From positions 48,112,001 to 48,176,000 of the forward strand of contig NC_043001.1 in assembly GCF_006345805.1 (NCBI RefSeq): a DNA stretch of 64,000 nucleotides, given 5' to 3'. Positions 1 to 12,857 of this stretch are shown here, piece by piece. Positions within the stretch are counted from its first letter, which is position 1; each line of letters starts with the position of its first letter. Source of the DNA: Octopus sinensis. Lineage: Eukaryota. The notes beneath the pieces are model-generated. The model saw only the letters and a program-made list of their open reading frames with translations, was not told the origin of the DNA and did not search any database. The position numbers and the translations under genes were made by a program.

Positions 1-1050
1 GTGGCTGTGTTGATATATGTCAGCCTCTCGTCTGGCTTGCAGTAGAGCCTGTATGTGCCAGAACCCAAGGCGAACGTGATGTCTAAGTAGTCCGCGTAAT
101 ATCTAAGAAGTCAGATTGGAATTTTCAGTCTCATGGAGCTGAAGGTGCTAATTAGATCCTCCCTAAGCCTATCTAGGGTTTGTCGTACACCCCCATCGCA
201 TACATTAGCGCTGTCGTAAACGCCTATCGCTACGTCGCAAAAGCCAACGGGATTGGTTAGCTTGACCCAAGTCGAACCTTTATTAAACAGCACCATCAGC
301 GAAGGAAAGTACCTTGACCAATAACCCTTTCGATATAGAAAGGCAAAAAAAACTATGTTGAACTGGGTGAACCTTGCTTTGCCGCTAACCTTATAGGGAT
401 TAAACCATGTAATCACCTCATTGGTGTTGCACCATAGGAAGAGGTTGATTGTTCTCCTTATGTCATTGTAGATGTTTCTCAGGATATGTGTTCTCGCCAA
501 ACCGATCTCGGATTTAGCCAGGTTGCTCAAGGGTTTAGAGGCAAATTTGGTTTATTGTCTTTGATAGCGATGAAGACGTTCCTTTTGGCTAAAATTCCTA
601 CCCTGTCTGATATATCCAAGACGTTGTCTAAATCTTTGGTTTCGCTGTTGATGTTGTTGCATGTATGAGATAAGCACGCCTATAGTTCTGTGTAATGTTG
701 TCTTCTAATAGTCTGTTATAAGTATGGGTTTCCATCTTATATAAGGTGTTTTGACTTGTCTGAGACGATTAGGGGAATTGTTAGAATTTTATATTAGTCT
801 AAAGTCGGTACGGAGCCTACGCTGGAATGAGCAAGAGGACTTACGGTACTTTAGCCTAGGAATGATGCCCGGAAGATCTACTTCCAAGGCCTCAAGGCGC
901 TTGATCCTGGGTGAGTATTTTCTAGATCTGATCCCGTATGTGTTGGTTTCGGGTCTATAGTGGTGTTTATTGTTGTCATTGTTAGATGGTGTAGGAATGT
1001 TCTCCATATTTTGGAAACACTAAGCGGCTTTAGTAAATATGTAGAAGCGC
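1..1050 (-). mobile_element. Decayed Penelope-like element RT (Naiad-like), N-terminus to thumb, running off the window start
   Basis: Joined frames give YGIRSRKYSPRIKRLEALEVDL..FQRRLRTDFRLI (789-1007), NLAKSEIG..WCNTNEVITWFN..FTQFNIVFF..LFNKGSTWVK..FCDVAIGVYDSANVCD (111-530), and DYLDITFALGSGTYRLYCKPDERLTYINT (about 5-95). These match the PLE RT family with NPAKSEIG / FDVTMGSYDGAEVCE / FLDVT motifs. Stops and frameshifts are present. Confidence 0.8.
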
Positions 1051-2371
1051 GGCCTGCCGGACAGCTATATATATATATACATATATATATACTTATATAT
1101 AGCTTACGACACTTTCGAATCAAATGCTTTTGATATAATAATATAGGCAACTTCTCACCAATGTGTTGGTTGCCGGTTTCTCTCGTTTGTCCACTCACAC
1201 CTATATATATGTATATATATATATAGATATACATACACACACACACTCACAGACACACACTCACAGACACACACACACAATGTGACAAATAATGATTTTC
1301 ACTAATATTTGGAAGTTTATACTCGATTAAGTTTTATCTTAGCTATTGACTGATGCTAGTGTCTATTTTATCGCTCTACATGTTGAAGTTGGTATCGATA
1401 GGAATTGAAATCAGGAAGTATACGTTCTGTAATTAAGCACCCAAAAGCAATTGATTTCAGTCTCCAACGATTAAAACAATTTACCATTCTTATGGTAACA
1501 AATATTGGCCACAAAATTTGGCATAGGCAGCAATTTCGGGGAAGGGGTTAAGTCAATTACATCTACCCCAGTGCTCAACTGGTACTAATTTTATCGATAC
1601 CGAAAGGATGAAAGGCAAAGCCGACGTCGGTGGAATTTGAACTCAGATCACAAAGACGGACGAAATGCCACTAAGCATTTTGATGGGCTTCCTAGCGATT
1701 CTGCCGTCGCGCAGCCGTTATGGTAACAGGTTTTGATTTCTAACACAGGAGCAAGATCTCAGATTTGATGGAGAGATACAAACAATTATAAACACCTTAA
1801 ATCTTGAATATTACTTTATTTTATACATGTCAAAATGACCTTGGTCGAATTTCAACTAACAGTGTAAAGAACCTTAACTAGCGATTGTACTAGTCTACTA
1901 GTCTTCAGATTACAAAAAAGAAAGAACAGAAAATGTATTCGGGATGCAGACATGGGTGTATGGTTAATGTATTCATTTTGCAACCACATGGTTTTGGATT
2001 CTGACCCGCAGCGTAACAACTTGGGCACGTGACTTCTATTTAGATACTCGAGTCGACCAATTTTTTGTGAATGATGTTTGGAAAACGAAAACTGAACAGA
2101 AGCCCGTAGAACTCCAACACACTCATGCACACAAATACAAACTCATACATTATATGTATCCTATATATGGGGAGGGCGCAGAACTTAGTGGTTAAGGTGC
2201 TGCACTCATGATTGCAAGACCGTGATTTCAATTTCTAGACCGAGTGGTGTGTTGTTTTCTTGAGCAAAACACTTCATCTCACGTTGCTCTACGATCACTT
2301 TGACACCTGTTGAACGCTCATACGTCGCCTTCGGCGGAAGATCCTATCATATATATATACATATATATATA

Positions 2372-2415
<44 letters not shown>

Positions 2416-2647
2416 TATATATATACGCATGACCAACTAGAGCACTTTTCATTCAAAAGCGTTTCTGACCTGCCCATTCATTCATTATATTTGTTGATTT
2501 TTTTTGTATTCTTTACCTACCACTCTCCGAATATATACCAGCTATCCTGCCTTATTAATAGATTTGTGTAATGTTATAAATACACGTACCAACATCATCG
2601 TGTCACTGACAGTAGCGGCATGTACATATTATAACACTATAGCGTAT

Positions 2648-2761
2648 TATGTAACCTGATGAGGTTTCTTATGCACCGTGGGGTGCATTCGATTTCATTA
2701 TATCATTCCCCACACACTAGGGAGCAGTGCAGATGTAAGCCGAAACGATCGCCGTGATATA
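2648..2761 (+). ncRNA. Degenerate type I hammerhead ribozyme (long stem II) in a (TA)n-flanked solo unit (~2427-2802)
   Basis: CTGATGA at 2656, stem II GGTTT/AAGCC, GAAA at 2742, palindromic CGATCG, and stem I tatgtaac/gtgatata. U16.1 reads C, so it is probably inactive. Confidence 0.6.
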
Positions 2762-2819
2762 TAAAGCTTGCAGTACACCCCGTCTTCCTTATCAATCATT
2801 CAATATATATATATATATA

Positions 2820-3203
2820 TATAACATAAGAGGGATCAGCCATCTGAATGTGGCTAGGGTCAGGGCGGGGTGGTGGGGGTGTTACTGATGCATTTAGCCC
2901 CAGGCGAACATCGACGTCACCAGAAGAGCTGACACCATCTCGGAGCCGGTAGAGGAAGTCCCTCAACGAAGAGCGGTGCTTACCATACGTTGACAAGAGG
3001 CAATAACCTCGAAACCGGTCCGTGTGTAGTATCCGTATCTTCGGGGAGGCTGATCTCCCTTTGCTGGCTGGCAAGGACACCGAGATGGTGTCAGCTCTTC
3101 TGGTGACGTCGATGTTCGCCTGGGGCTAAATGCATCAGTAACACCCCCACCACCCCGCCCTGACCCTAGCCACATTCAGATGGCTGATCCCTCTTATGTT
3201 ATA
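2820..3203. mobile_element. Inverted-repeat element (PLE pseudo-LTR-like): perfect 124-bp arms around a 136-bp spacer
   Basis: 2820-2943 is the exact reverse complement of 3080-3203. It abuts (TA)n, and the spacer holds an HHR. Confidence 0.85.
2984..3026 (+). ncRNA. Minimal type I hammerhead ribozyme, U3-A8 variant
   Basis: catacg-TTGACAA-GAGG caataa CCTC-GAAA-CCGG-TC-cgtgtg: 6-bp stem I, 4-bp stem II, palindromic stem III ACCGGT, cleavage after GUC (C3020). Confidence 0.8.
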
Positions 3204-3240
3204 GAGCAGTTACTGTTTATATCTCGCCCAGAGATTTATT

Positions 3241-3280
<40 letters not shown>

Positions 3281-4036
3281 GATAGATACATAGATAGCTA
3301 CATAGATACATAGATGCGTATGTGAGTGTAGATATGTATGTACAGATGTATGTATATATTATGTATGTGTGTATGTATGTATGTGTGTCCTTAGGCTTCT
3401 GTCCTAAAAGGGAGCGGTTCGACAAACAAGTAGATAAATAACTGTTAATGTTTGCTTGGTCGATGTTTAAATCTTGAGGTCGTTACCCAGCAAGACAGCA
3501 GTACAATGACCGAAACCAGGAAAAGAATTAAAGCGAGGATAGAAAAGAATATTGGAAAACAATATTTAAAGATAACTCGAATAAAAAATATGATTGCTGT
3601 TACTACATGCAGAAAAAAATAACAGACTCTATAAGTGTAGCTAGAAGCACCAAGAGACAGCGTCAGAATTATTTAAAATGTTATTCTAGTAATCCAATTT
3701 AGTAATTTGCTCCGATTTATTTGTTTTTACTGTATTTTTTCTTCTCTATAATATATACAGGATATAGGAAAGCTGGGTTGCTTAGTAGTTAATATGTTGG
3801 ACTCACAGCTGTTTGGATGTAGGTTTAAGTCTCGACTCGAGTGGTGTGTTAGATTCTAGAGCAAGACACTTCATTTTACAATTCCGGGCACACAAAGGTG
3901 AAAATGATTAACAGCAATAACTGGGGGTTAAAAATCTTCTGATGGCTTGGCATCTCGTTTAGAGATGTGGCCTCGTTCTTACAATTCCTTACCAACCACA
4001 TGGTTCCAGGTTCAGAACCTGAAGTAGGCATAATTA

Positions 4037-4280
4037 ATTCTTTTATTCTTTTACTTGTTTCAGCCATTTGACTTGCGGCTATGCTGGAGCACCACCTTTA
4101 GTCGGGCAAATCGACCCCAGAACTTATTCTTTGTAAGCCTAGTACTTATTCTATCAGTGTCTTTTGCCGAACCTCTAGGTTACGGGGACGTAAACGCACC
4201 AGCATCGGTTGTCAAACGATGCTGTGGGGACAAACACAGACACACAAAGCTATACACATACATACATACACACACACACG

Positions 4281-4325
<45 letters not shown>

Positions 4326-4461
4326 ATATATATATACATGACGGTTTTCTTTGAGTTTCCGTCTACCAAATCCACTTGCCTAAGGTGCCATGCAGCGGGA
4401 ATGAACCCTGAACCATGTGGTTAGTAAGCAAGCAACTTACCAGGCAGCCACTCCTGCGTCT
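4037..4461 (-). mobile_element. tRNA-derived SINE family A (internal CA/TA microsatellite)
   Basis: Reverse complement of the copies at 28747 and 42752: head gcgcaggagtggctg..., tail ctgaaacaagtaaaagaataaaag. Confidence 0.85.
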
Positions 4462-4919
4462 ATATTGTTTGTTTAATTTCACCAAAGCGCAGAAGAGAAG
4501 TAATAACGGTTTCAAAATTTGGTACAAGGCCAGCAAGCTTGGGAGAGGGTGTAAGTCGATTACACCGACTCCAGACCTCAACTCGTGCTTACTTTATCGA
4601 CCACGAACGGATGAAAAGCAAAGTTGACTTTGGCGGAATTTGAACTCAGAACGTAAAGACGGACGAAATGGCACTAAGCATTTTGCCCGGTGTACTGACG
4701 ATTCTGCGAAGTCGCTGCCTTAGAGAAAAGAAGTAATATTGACCGTATGAGTTCAGTTAAAGACGTAGAAAGCCTCTAATTGATGGCTAGGTGTGCAAAC
4801 TTAACAGCAATATTTTATTCAAATCACATACAACCGTATCAAAAAGTGTTCCCAAACTTGATAACGTACCCCTGAGTATCCTACAAAATGAGATAACTAT
4901 GGATGTAAAAACCTGTGAC

Positions 4920-5702
4920 TCAATTCGGTGCCCTCCTCATCAACCGATACTCTTCTTGATGAAGAGTGGCCTAGCACCTCGCTGTCCGCGAGTGGCGCAA
5001 GTGCTTGAGTGGCGTAAATGTTTGAGTGGCGCAAATATTTGAGAGGCGCAAATGCCGTTGTGGAGCTATAGTCGATGAATTCGGTTGCATCCATCATTCT
5101 GCATCTATAGTGCAGGCCTGTTCCCCCTACAAGCCGCTCTGAACGGCATAAACAGAAGGGGCCGCGACGCGGTCGGCTTACCGTCAAAGCTGGAGCCAGT
5201 AGGTCTTGACTGCGAGGATGGTAATCGCCCCGATGGAAGAGCCCACTTCCCATACGAGAGAGGCAAATCCCTAACCTGGAACGCGATGTGCTGCGACATT
5301 TCCCCGTCTTCAACCTTGCTGTATCTGCTACAAATGGTTTGGTTGCAGTTTGGCAGGTGAAAAACCTTGGAGGCCGTGTAAATGAACGAATGTATCATTT
5401 GTACTTGGATAGTGATCTCATACAATTTATGCTATAAGCCACCTACTTTTGAGTCTCACTGCCCTTTCTCAGCAGCCACGCCTTTACAATTATGTCCGCG
5501 AGGAGCGGCTAAACACACCAATTGGTCTGGGGTGTACAGCCTGTTATTCTACCATATTTTGTTGTTTAATTCCCCTTCTCCTTTCTTACTTTTTCTTTGT
5601 TTCCTTGGTGCGGTAGTTCTGGAGCGTTTTTGTCGATAATTTGATGTTTTATGTTCTTTCTTCATTCATTTCTTCATGTAAAAACGTTTCTGAATAAAAA
5701 CT
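4920..5702 (+). mobile_element. 3' fragment of a CRE-clade (RLE) non-LTR retrotransposon
   Basis: LLDEE, then KCRCGAIVD..HPSFC (CCHC knuckle), then ALNGINRRG..GLPSKLEPVGLDCEDGNRPDG..FPYERGKSLTWNAMC (PD-D/ExK endonuclease). The 3' UTR ends at AATAAA (~5695). Confidence 0.75.
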
Positions 5703-5866
5703 TTTATTTATAGCGGGAATGTTTTCAATCACAGATCTGCTTTATTATTAGAGCTGATCTCAAGTATATGACTCGTGTAATGAATTTCATAGAATATAAC
5801 TAAATTTTGTATTGCATTTTGTCATTTCTACCAACTTGCTGTCACTAACATGATATATTTTCGATG

Positions 5867-6248
5867 GTGGAGGCGCAATGGCCCAGTGGTTAGGGCAGCG
5901 GACTTGCGGTCGTAGGACCGCGGTTTCGATTCCAAGACCGGGCGTTGTGAGTGTTTATTGAGCGAAAACACCTAAAGCTCCACGAGGCTCCGGCAGGGAT
6001 GGTGGTGGTCCCTGCTGTACTCTTTCACCACAACTTTCTCTCACTCTTACTACCTGTTTCTGTTGTACCTGTATTTCAAAGGGCCGGCCTTGTCACTCTC
6101 TGTGTCACGCTGAATATCCCCGAGAACTACGTTAAGGGTACACGTGTCTGTGGAGTGCTCAGCCACTTACACGTTAATTTCACGAGCAGGCTGTTCCGTT
6201 GATCGGATCAACCGGAACCCTCATCGTCGTAACCGACGGAGTGCTTCC
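5867..6248 (+). mobile_element. tRNA-derived SINE family C with 12-bp TSD
   Basis: A box TGGCCCAGTGG and B box GGTTTCGATTCC. TSD atattttcgatg at 5855-5866 and 6249-6260. Near-identical to 16797-17184. Confidence 0.9.
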
Positions 6249-6539
6249 ATATTTTCGATGAGATACAAAGCCAAATTTTACAAAGAAGGCGGCATGTATT
6301 CTTTTACTGATCGCTCTATATCAAGGAAGACGTTACCGAGCAGAGAAGTTATCCATGAGTGTTTGGAAATGGCACTGTATTTACCAACTGCTCCAGCAAT
6401 GATTAAAAGAGGCGCTACTAACACAGATAGAAATGATGCTCTGTAATGGCTACTTTGAGCAATCTGCTCTTCTCTATAGCGTTTCTCTAAAAAGAAAAAA
6501 AACTCGACCTCTTGTGAAACACACCGCGGCAGTTTCTCC

Positions 6540-7700
6540 AGTACTCAATGTCGCATAGCTTCAAACTGACTAATTCTAAACAAGTTTGAAACCCTTAAGC
6601 GGATCAGTTAGTTTCCTTGCTTCTTTATCTGTGTGGTAACACTCCTCAAACAGCAACTCTGAGATGCAATTGCTTCTCACTTAGTAATGTATTCCAGTCA
6701 ATAGAACTAACACTTCAAAAGAAAGCACTATAAGAAGCAAGTATTGATTGTACTCTCTCCCAAACTAAGATACTACTAACATCGTAGTGTCATCACACAC
6801 CTAATAAAGGGGATTGACCGCATCGGAAGTAGACAAAGTTGGAATAAGTAAGTTATACTGTTAGTGAGTGCAAAATTTTCACAATCTGTAGTAATTCCCA
6901 TTGAGAATTGTTTATAATGGAGGTCTCATTTGATGCCGTAAGTGCAAAGTACATGAAGCTATCCTCCAATTACTTTTCAAGTCATTAACAGTAATATTCG
7001 ATTGTAGAATATTTCAATTTGGAGGAAGCTAAAGTAACATCTTGGTTTTCTTATGAGAAACCGAATTTTATATTCAAGAAATGATGATCGAATTTGCCAG
7101 CACATGGAGGGCCTGCATCTACTGATTAGAATCAAAAGCGAAGGGGCGTTTAAACACAACGAATCCAATGTACAGCCAATTCTGCTTTAAGAGAGATCGT
7201 ATAGAGCCAGAATGAAATTGTTAGAGTTGGGTCAACTTTAGGTAATTGCATGAAGTCGATGTAACAAAAAGGAAATCATAACCATGCTCCAATCATCTGT
7301 TTAAGTTTGATTCATTATAAAACCGCGTCATTTGCATTGCATCTGCTATGGAATCCACACTAGGTTCAGAGGGAGTTTGACTTTTAACACTGCAATAAGA
7401 GAAGAGAAATCAAACTGCGGTGAGTTGAAAAGGAAAGTTGATTAAGATGAGATGTGAACTTTAAAGATAGAATTATTTAATCGTTTCTCCCGATTGACTG
7501 CTCTTGTTGGGATAAATAATTATTAAATGTTGATTGATTAATTCAATATTAGGTTGCCGAATAAAGCTGCTGTAGACCCATTATAAACAATTTCATAAGA
7601 CTTATCTTTTACTTTCCACCGCCCTTTCCCTTTGAAGCAGAGCTTATAATAAGTTTACAAAAGATTAGAAGTAGCTAAGAACTACAAATTGTAAAATTAA
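6540..7700 (-). mobile_element. Highly decayed CR1/L2-like APE endonuclease fragment
   Basis: Scattered motif remnants on the minus strand: GKGGG (RGGGV-like), IDWNTLLS, and GN*L (GNTLDL-like). Many stops. Confidence 0.4.
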
Positions 7701-10244
7701 TCCTATTTTGCTATTCTCTTCAACTCTATTCTACCACAACTAATTAGCTTAGATAGAGAAATATAATCGTATAGAAAAGACAAATGATTATTTTCCTGTG
7801 ATAATAGTTGACGGTTAACTCCATTCACTTCCTGTGCATCGTCTGTAAATGAGATAATTCCAAAATGGTACAAAGGCAAAAGCAAAACAAAAACCACCAA
7901 GACAATACTTTATGCTTTACACGTCTTTTAGCCTTCACGCTTAGTTTTCTGAATAGTTCTAATAACTTAGCGTGTTGTTTATAGGAAAAGCCGTATCCAT
8001 GGGAAGATTTGCCTACTCTTTGTATATACAGAAAAGAATGACTCTTGTTTCACTTTATATAATTTTATTTATCGTGTTTATATGTCTACAGATACAAACT
8101 TTCTTAAAGAAAACGCAAATGACAGTGTCGTAATTGACAGCTGATATCAGGGTTTCGTATCATGTCAGTGGTTTTACATTTGCATGGCATTTGTTGTAAT
8201 TCGTAGTTAAAACTTTCTGTGAATATAGCTTGAAGAAGGACAGAAATCATTGTTCTATCTTCAAAACCTTTCCCGAAGACAAATTCTTCCGTGGTGCCCT
8301 TACAATGTAAAGTATTACAGGGCCTTTCCTAATCCTCCTACAAAGTAAGGATATTTATGAATTTCAAACCAATAGGTTAGTTGATTGATAATTAAACTAA
8401 TAATGCTACACACATAGATATAATGCAAATGCCATGCTAAAACTTTCACTCATGATTGTTATATAAGCTTCTTTTCAACGGACAATATTACAAGGATTAG
8501 AAGTCAGATTAAGTCTCTTAATATCACAAATCTTTCTCTTTGGCCTAGCACTCGAGTTTCGATCATACGCAAGAAGCCCAATATTTCGGATGGAGGAAGG
8601 GACGAGTCGATTACATTGGCTCCAGTGCTCGATTCAGAAAGGATGAAAGGCAAGGCTGACCTCGGCAAACTTATAAATCAGAACGCAAAGACGAAAGGAA
8701 TGTCGCAAAGGATCTTGCCCGGCGTGCTAATGACTTTGCCAGTACGTCGCTTTTGACCCAGCACTCAATAAACATATTCATACGTTCCTGTAATTGTCTG
8801 GGTTTTTTTTTCCGCGAGACGTTGGTATTAAAATGATTATTTAAAAATTGACTTTAACTGGCAAGTAGCTGTGATCGTATGTGTGTATTTCTGGTTTTAT
8901 ATATATATGTAGAAAGCAAAAAAATAACATACGATGGAGTAGTAATAGATAAATTTAAGTTTTCCAATGTAAATAATTTCTAAATATATTTATGTAATTT
9001 ACCGCAAAAAATTTTAGCAATTTCCTGTAAACAGATTATATTACACATTACTATCGCTGTTAGCTTCTATCTAAACAAAACTATCACATGGTTACAGTCA
9101 TAAATATCATTGTAACAAAACTCTATGAATTGAGACGAAGAAAACCAGCAAAAAATCCACAAGATTATTTAATTATTGTTCAGTTTTTGTTTTGTTTTTG
9201 TCTTTCTTGGGATTTTTTTCTCGTCTATTAAAATAAACAATTTTTAAAAGAGGTTTTGCCCTTTGCTTTCTCGTTAGAAACTGACGTAGTTCGAACTGCT
9301 TAAAACTTCGTTATTTCGCTACTTATAGAAAAACACTGCATTCCGTATTTCGTCATCAGGCTTTTGTTGGTCTCATTGGTCAAACAATTTAAATCACAAG
9401 GGCCAGTTTTAATCGTTGTTTATCTTCAGATTAGCCTTAATATTGAGGGTCAGTTAGCTACTGTTTCTATCAGGTTGGTCGATCTATTGATCCTGGATAT
9501 ACACCAGTGGAAAAGTAGTACACACTGCCATAACCCTCCTTAACTGACAATTATTTTTGTTATGTTAGTTACTGTATATATTTAGCACCAGATTAGGTCA
9601 GCCTTAATACAAAAGACTACATAAAGAGTGGTCCAGCTATAATCACCCCATCTTTTGTTTTCAGTCATATGTAGGACTACATTATCGGATGTGTTATTCG
9701 TATTAAGATATCGGATAAAGTTGCTATTCTTAATATATTGAACGATCATGCAAAGGTTCTCTTTTTGGTTCCCTAATACATGTTTTCTCAAAGTGTGATC
9801 ATTTCAGACAGTGACACCTTCTTCTTGCAATGTCTTATTCTTGTTATATCCAGGCTAAACAACAGTCAGCGTCAGTACAAGAAGTACAACTGCACTTAAT
9901 GTAGGATTTGGAGGGGATTAAATACATGTTAATGTCATGAATGGAATACAAGCGAACTCACAGCCCCAATATTATTGCCACAGTATTCGTGATGATGATG
10001 CTACTACTGCTGATGTTGATGATCATGTTATAGGCGTCGTTGGAACAATCAATAATATGTATATGCGGTACTTCATTAGAATCTTATTTTATCTGATGGA
10101 TGAAAGCAAATTTGATCAAGAGGAAATTTGAACTCAGTCGATAAAGAAAAGTAACGCAATAGCGCAAGCAGCTTTCACTGACGATTTAATGCTTCTGACA
10201 ATACACTGCCCTTAGAAATTTCTACTTACACTTGTTCAAACTTG

Positions 10245-11706
10245 CTATTTGAAAGAGTGCAACATACTTCAAAGAGTGCAAATGTGGGATAGCCGAGCGG
10301 GAGACAATCATTGGGAACAGACACTCTGGCCTGTTAGGAAAAGTTTGACTGTTGGGGAGAAGAATATCATACACCAACTACTAATTGAGCGAAAGAAAAT
10401 CATCTTCCCATCCTTCATATTAAGCTAGAACTAATAAAGCAATTTGTCAAAGCTCTTAATTTCGAGGATAACTGTTTCAAATTCATATGTACAGCATTTC
10501 CTGGCCAAACTTATGATAAAATAACGACTGGTGTTGTTGATAGACCACAAATCAGAAAGTTAATGAAATGTCAGAATTTCTCGAGTTCGATGACTGACGT
10601 AGAAAAATGAGCATGGGATTCATTTGTGGCTGTTGTGAAAGGATTTTGGGGCAGTGAAAAGGCAGCTAGCTATAAGGATTTGGTGGAAACATTACTGCAT
10701 AGCTTTCAATTGTTTTTAGGTTGCAACATGAGCATAAAGCTTCATTTCCTCAGTAGCCATCTCGATGAATTTCCCGCTGATCTCGGAGATGTGAGCGATG
10801 AGCATTGTGAGCGCTTTCATCAAGCAATCAAGAGTATGGAGGAGAGATATTGATGCCGATGGAACACACACATGATAGCAGGCTACTGTTGGAGTATTCA
10901 AAGAGACTGTGTAGGCATGCATGAAGCACTCCATACATTCTCGCAAGCAGAAATTTATTTTGTGAATATGAAGGTATATGTATGATAGTTTGTGTTTTAT
11001 CTATCATATTAGAGAATTCACAGTATGTATTTAGTATGTTAGGTGATGTTATTTAGGTGATGTTATCTTACATTTTACTTATTTTCTATTCTATTGACAT
11101 TATAACTTATGTTTTGAAGCTATACAATTTAGTAAACTATCGTGACCAAATAAATTATTTATACAGCATATCAAAGGTTCTCTTTTTGGTTCCCTAATAC
11201 ATGTTTTCTCAAAGTGTGATCATTTCAGACAGTGACACCTTCTTCTTGCAATGTCTTATTCTTGTTATATCCAGGCTAAACAACAGTCAGCGTCAGTACA
11301 AGAAGTACGACTGCACTTAATGTAGGATTTGGAGGGGATTAAATACATGTTAATGTCATGTATGGAATACAAGCGTAAGCAGAAATTTCTAAGGGCAGTG
11401 TATTGTCAGAAGCATTAAATCGTCAGTGAAAGCTGCTTGCGCTATTGGGTTACTTTTCTTTATCGACTGAGTTCAAATTTCCTCTTGATCAAATTTGCTT
11501 TCATCCATCAGATAAAATAAGATTTCAATCAAGTACCGCATGTACATGTTATTGATTGTTCCAACGACGCCTATAAATATGGATATACTATAGAGTGAAA
11601 AACCTGATGTGAGAGGAAAATTGGATCCCATATTTGAAATCAGCATCTCAAAATTAACTAAAAACAACCACAAAACTGATGTCAGCAAAAAGGGTGTTGA
11701 CCAATG
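10245..11706 (+). mobile_element. Chapaev3 (CMC)-like DNA transposon 3' half, interrupted by duplicated flanking DNA
   Basis: WDSRAGDNHW..VGEKNII..HIKLELIKQFVKAL..PQIRKLM..GCNMSIKLHFLSSHLDEFPADLGDVSDEHCERFHQAIKSMEERY..WNTHMIAGYCWSIQRD. A terminus-like segment lies at 11578-11706. Family assignment is from recall of these motifs. Confidence 0.75.
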
Positions 11707-12427
11707 TTTTTATTGGTTTAAATGTGAATATATAATTTGGATATAGAAGATGGAGGTTTCGGAGTAATCTTTCGTATTTTTTCTGTTTGTCTTTGATTTT
11801 CGACGAGATATTCAAATCAGCAGAGCAGTTGACCTCTACGATGGTACATACCTTTTATGTCTGTCTCAAAGAACAATATCCTCCCTATTAATGCTTGCAC
11901 TTGGTCGAAGTAATATTCTCGGTTGAATATATTTAGAATTTGAAAACAGGGAATTTCGGAATGTTGGCAAATTTAATCCCAATATCTGGGATAAAATAAA
12001 AATGTCTTTCGTAATATCTCCCGAAAACTTTTGTTGTGTTTACTTTTTTTGCATTCTGACTTGTGCAGTAAGAATTACTAATTAAAGGTTGCATTGCTTA
12101 CGAGCTCTCAAAACATGCTGAAAAGGTTTTTGGATACATAAAGACGAATTAAAATGTAAGAGAAACAGAGATTAAAAAGAAAAACTAAACAGAAAGAAAC
12201 CGGTAAACGCAAAGCTGCACGAAACAAATAAGTATACTAAAAACAACTACTAAGTAAATGTATGCGGTATTAGTAAGAGTATTAACAGCAATTCCTTTTT
12301 CCAAAGCGTGGTCCAATTTAGTCACATTGCCAAATACATCCTTTTTCACACGTTTAACATATATATATACTTATATACATATACATACACGCGCACGCAC
12401 ACACACACACACACATACGCACACATA

Positions 12428-12814
12428 TTGTGCTAAGAAGCTTGCTTCCAAACCTCATGGTTCTGGGGTTAGTCTCACTGCATGGCACATTCCGCAAGTG
12501 TCTTCTACTATAGCCTCGGGTCGATCAAAGCATTGTGAGTGGATTTGGTAGAGGGAAACTGAAAGAAGCCCGTCGTATATATATATATGTATATATACGT
12601 ATGTATGTGTCTATGTTTGTCCTCCCATCACCACTTGACAACAGGTGTGGGTGTGTTTCCGTCCTCGTAATATAGCGGTCCAGCAAAAGAAACCGATAGA
12701 ATAAGTACCAGGTTTAAAAAATAAGTTGTGGTGGTCGAGTCATTCGACTAAAAATTCAAGGCGGTGCCCCAGCATGACTGCAGTGTAATGACTGAAACAG
12801 GTAAAAGATAAAAG

Positions 12815-12818
<4 letters not shown>
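12428..12818 (+). mobile_element. SINE family A copy
   Basis: Same body as 4037-4461 and 42752-43150. Confidence 0.8.

Positions 12819-12857
<39 letters not shown>

Noticed and set aside
1835-1900. Possible decayed HHR after a GIY-YIG-like tail on the minus strand; similar weak cases at ~3474-3525 and ~42428-42502
   Set aside because: Multiple core or stem mismatches, so they cannot be separated from chance without a family consensus.
9270-9365. CTGATGA on the minus strand with downstream GAAC..GTC
   Set aside because: No consistent stem I or stem II pairing.
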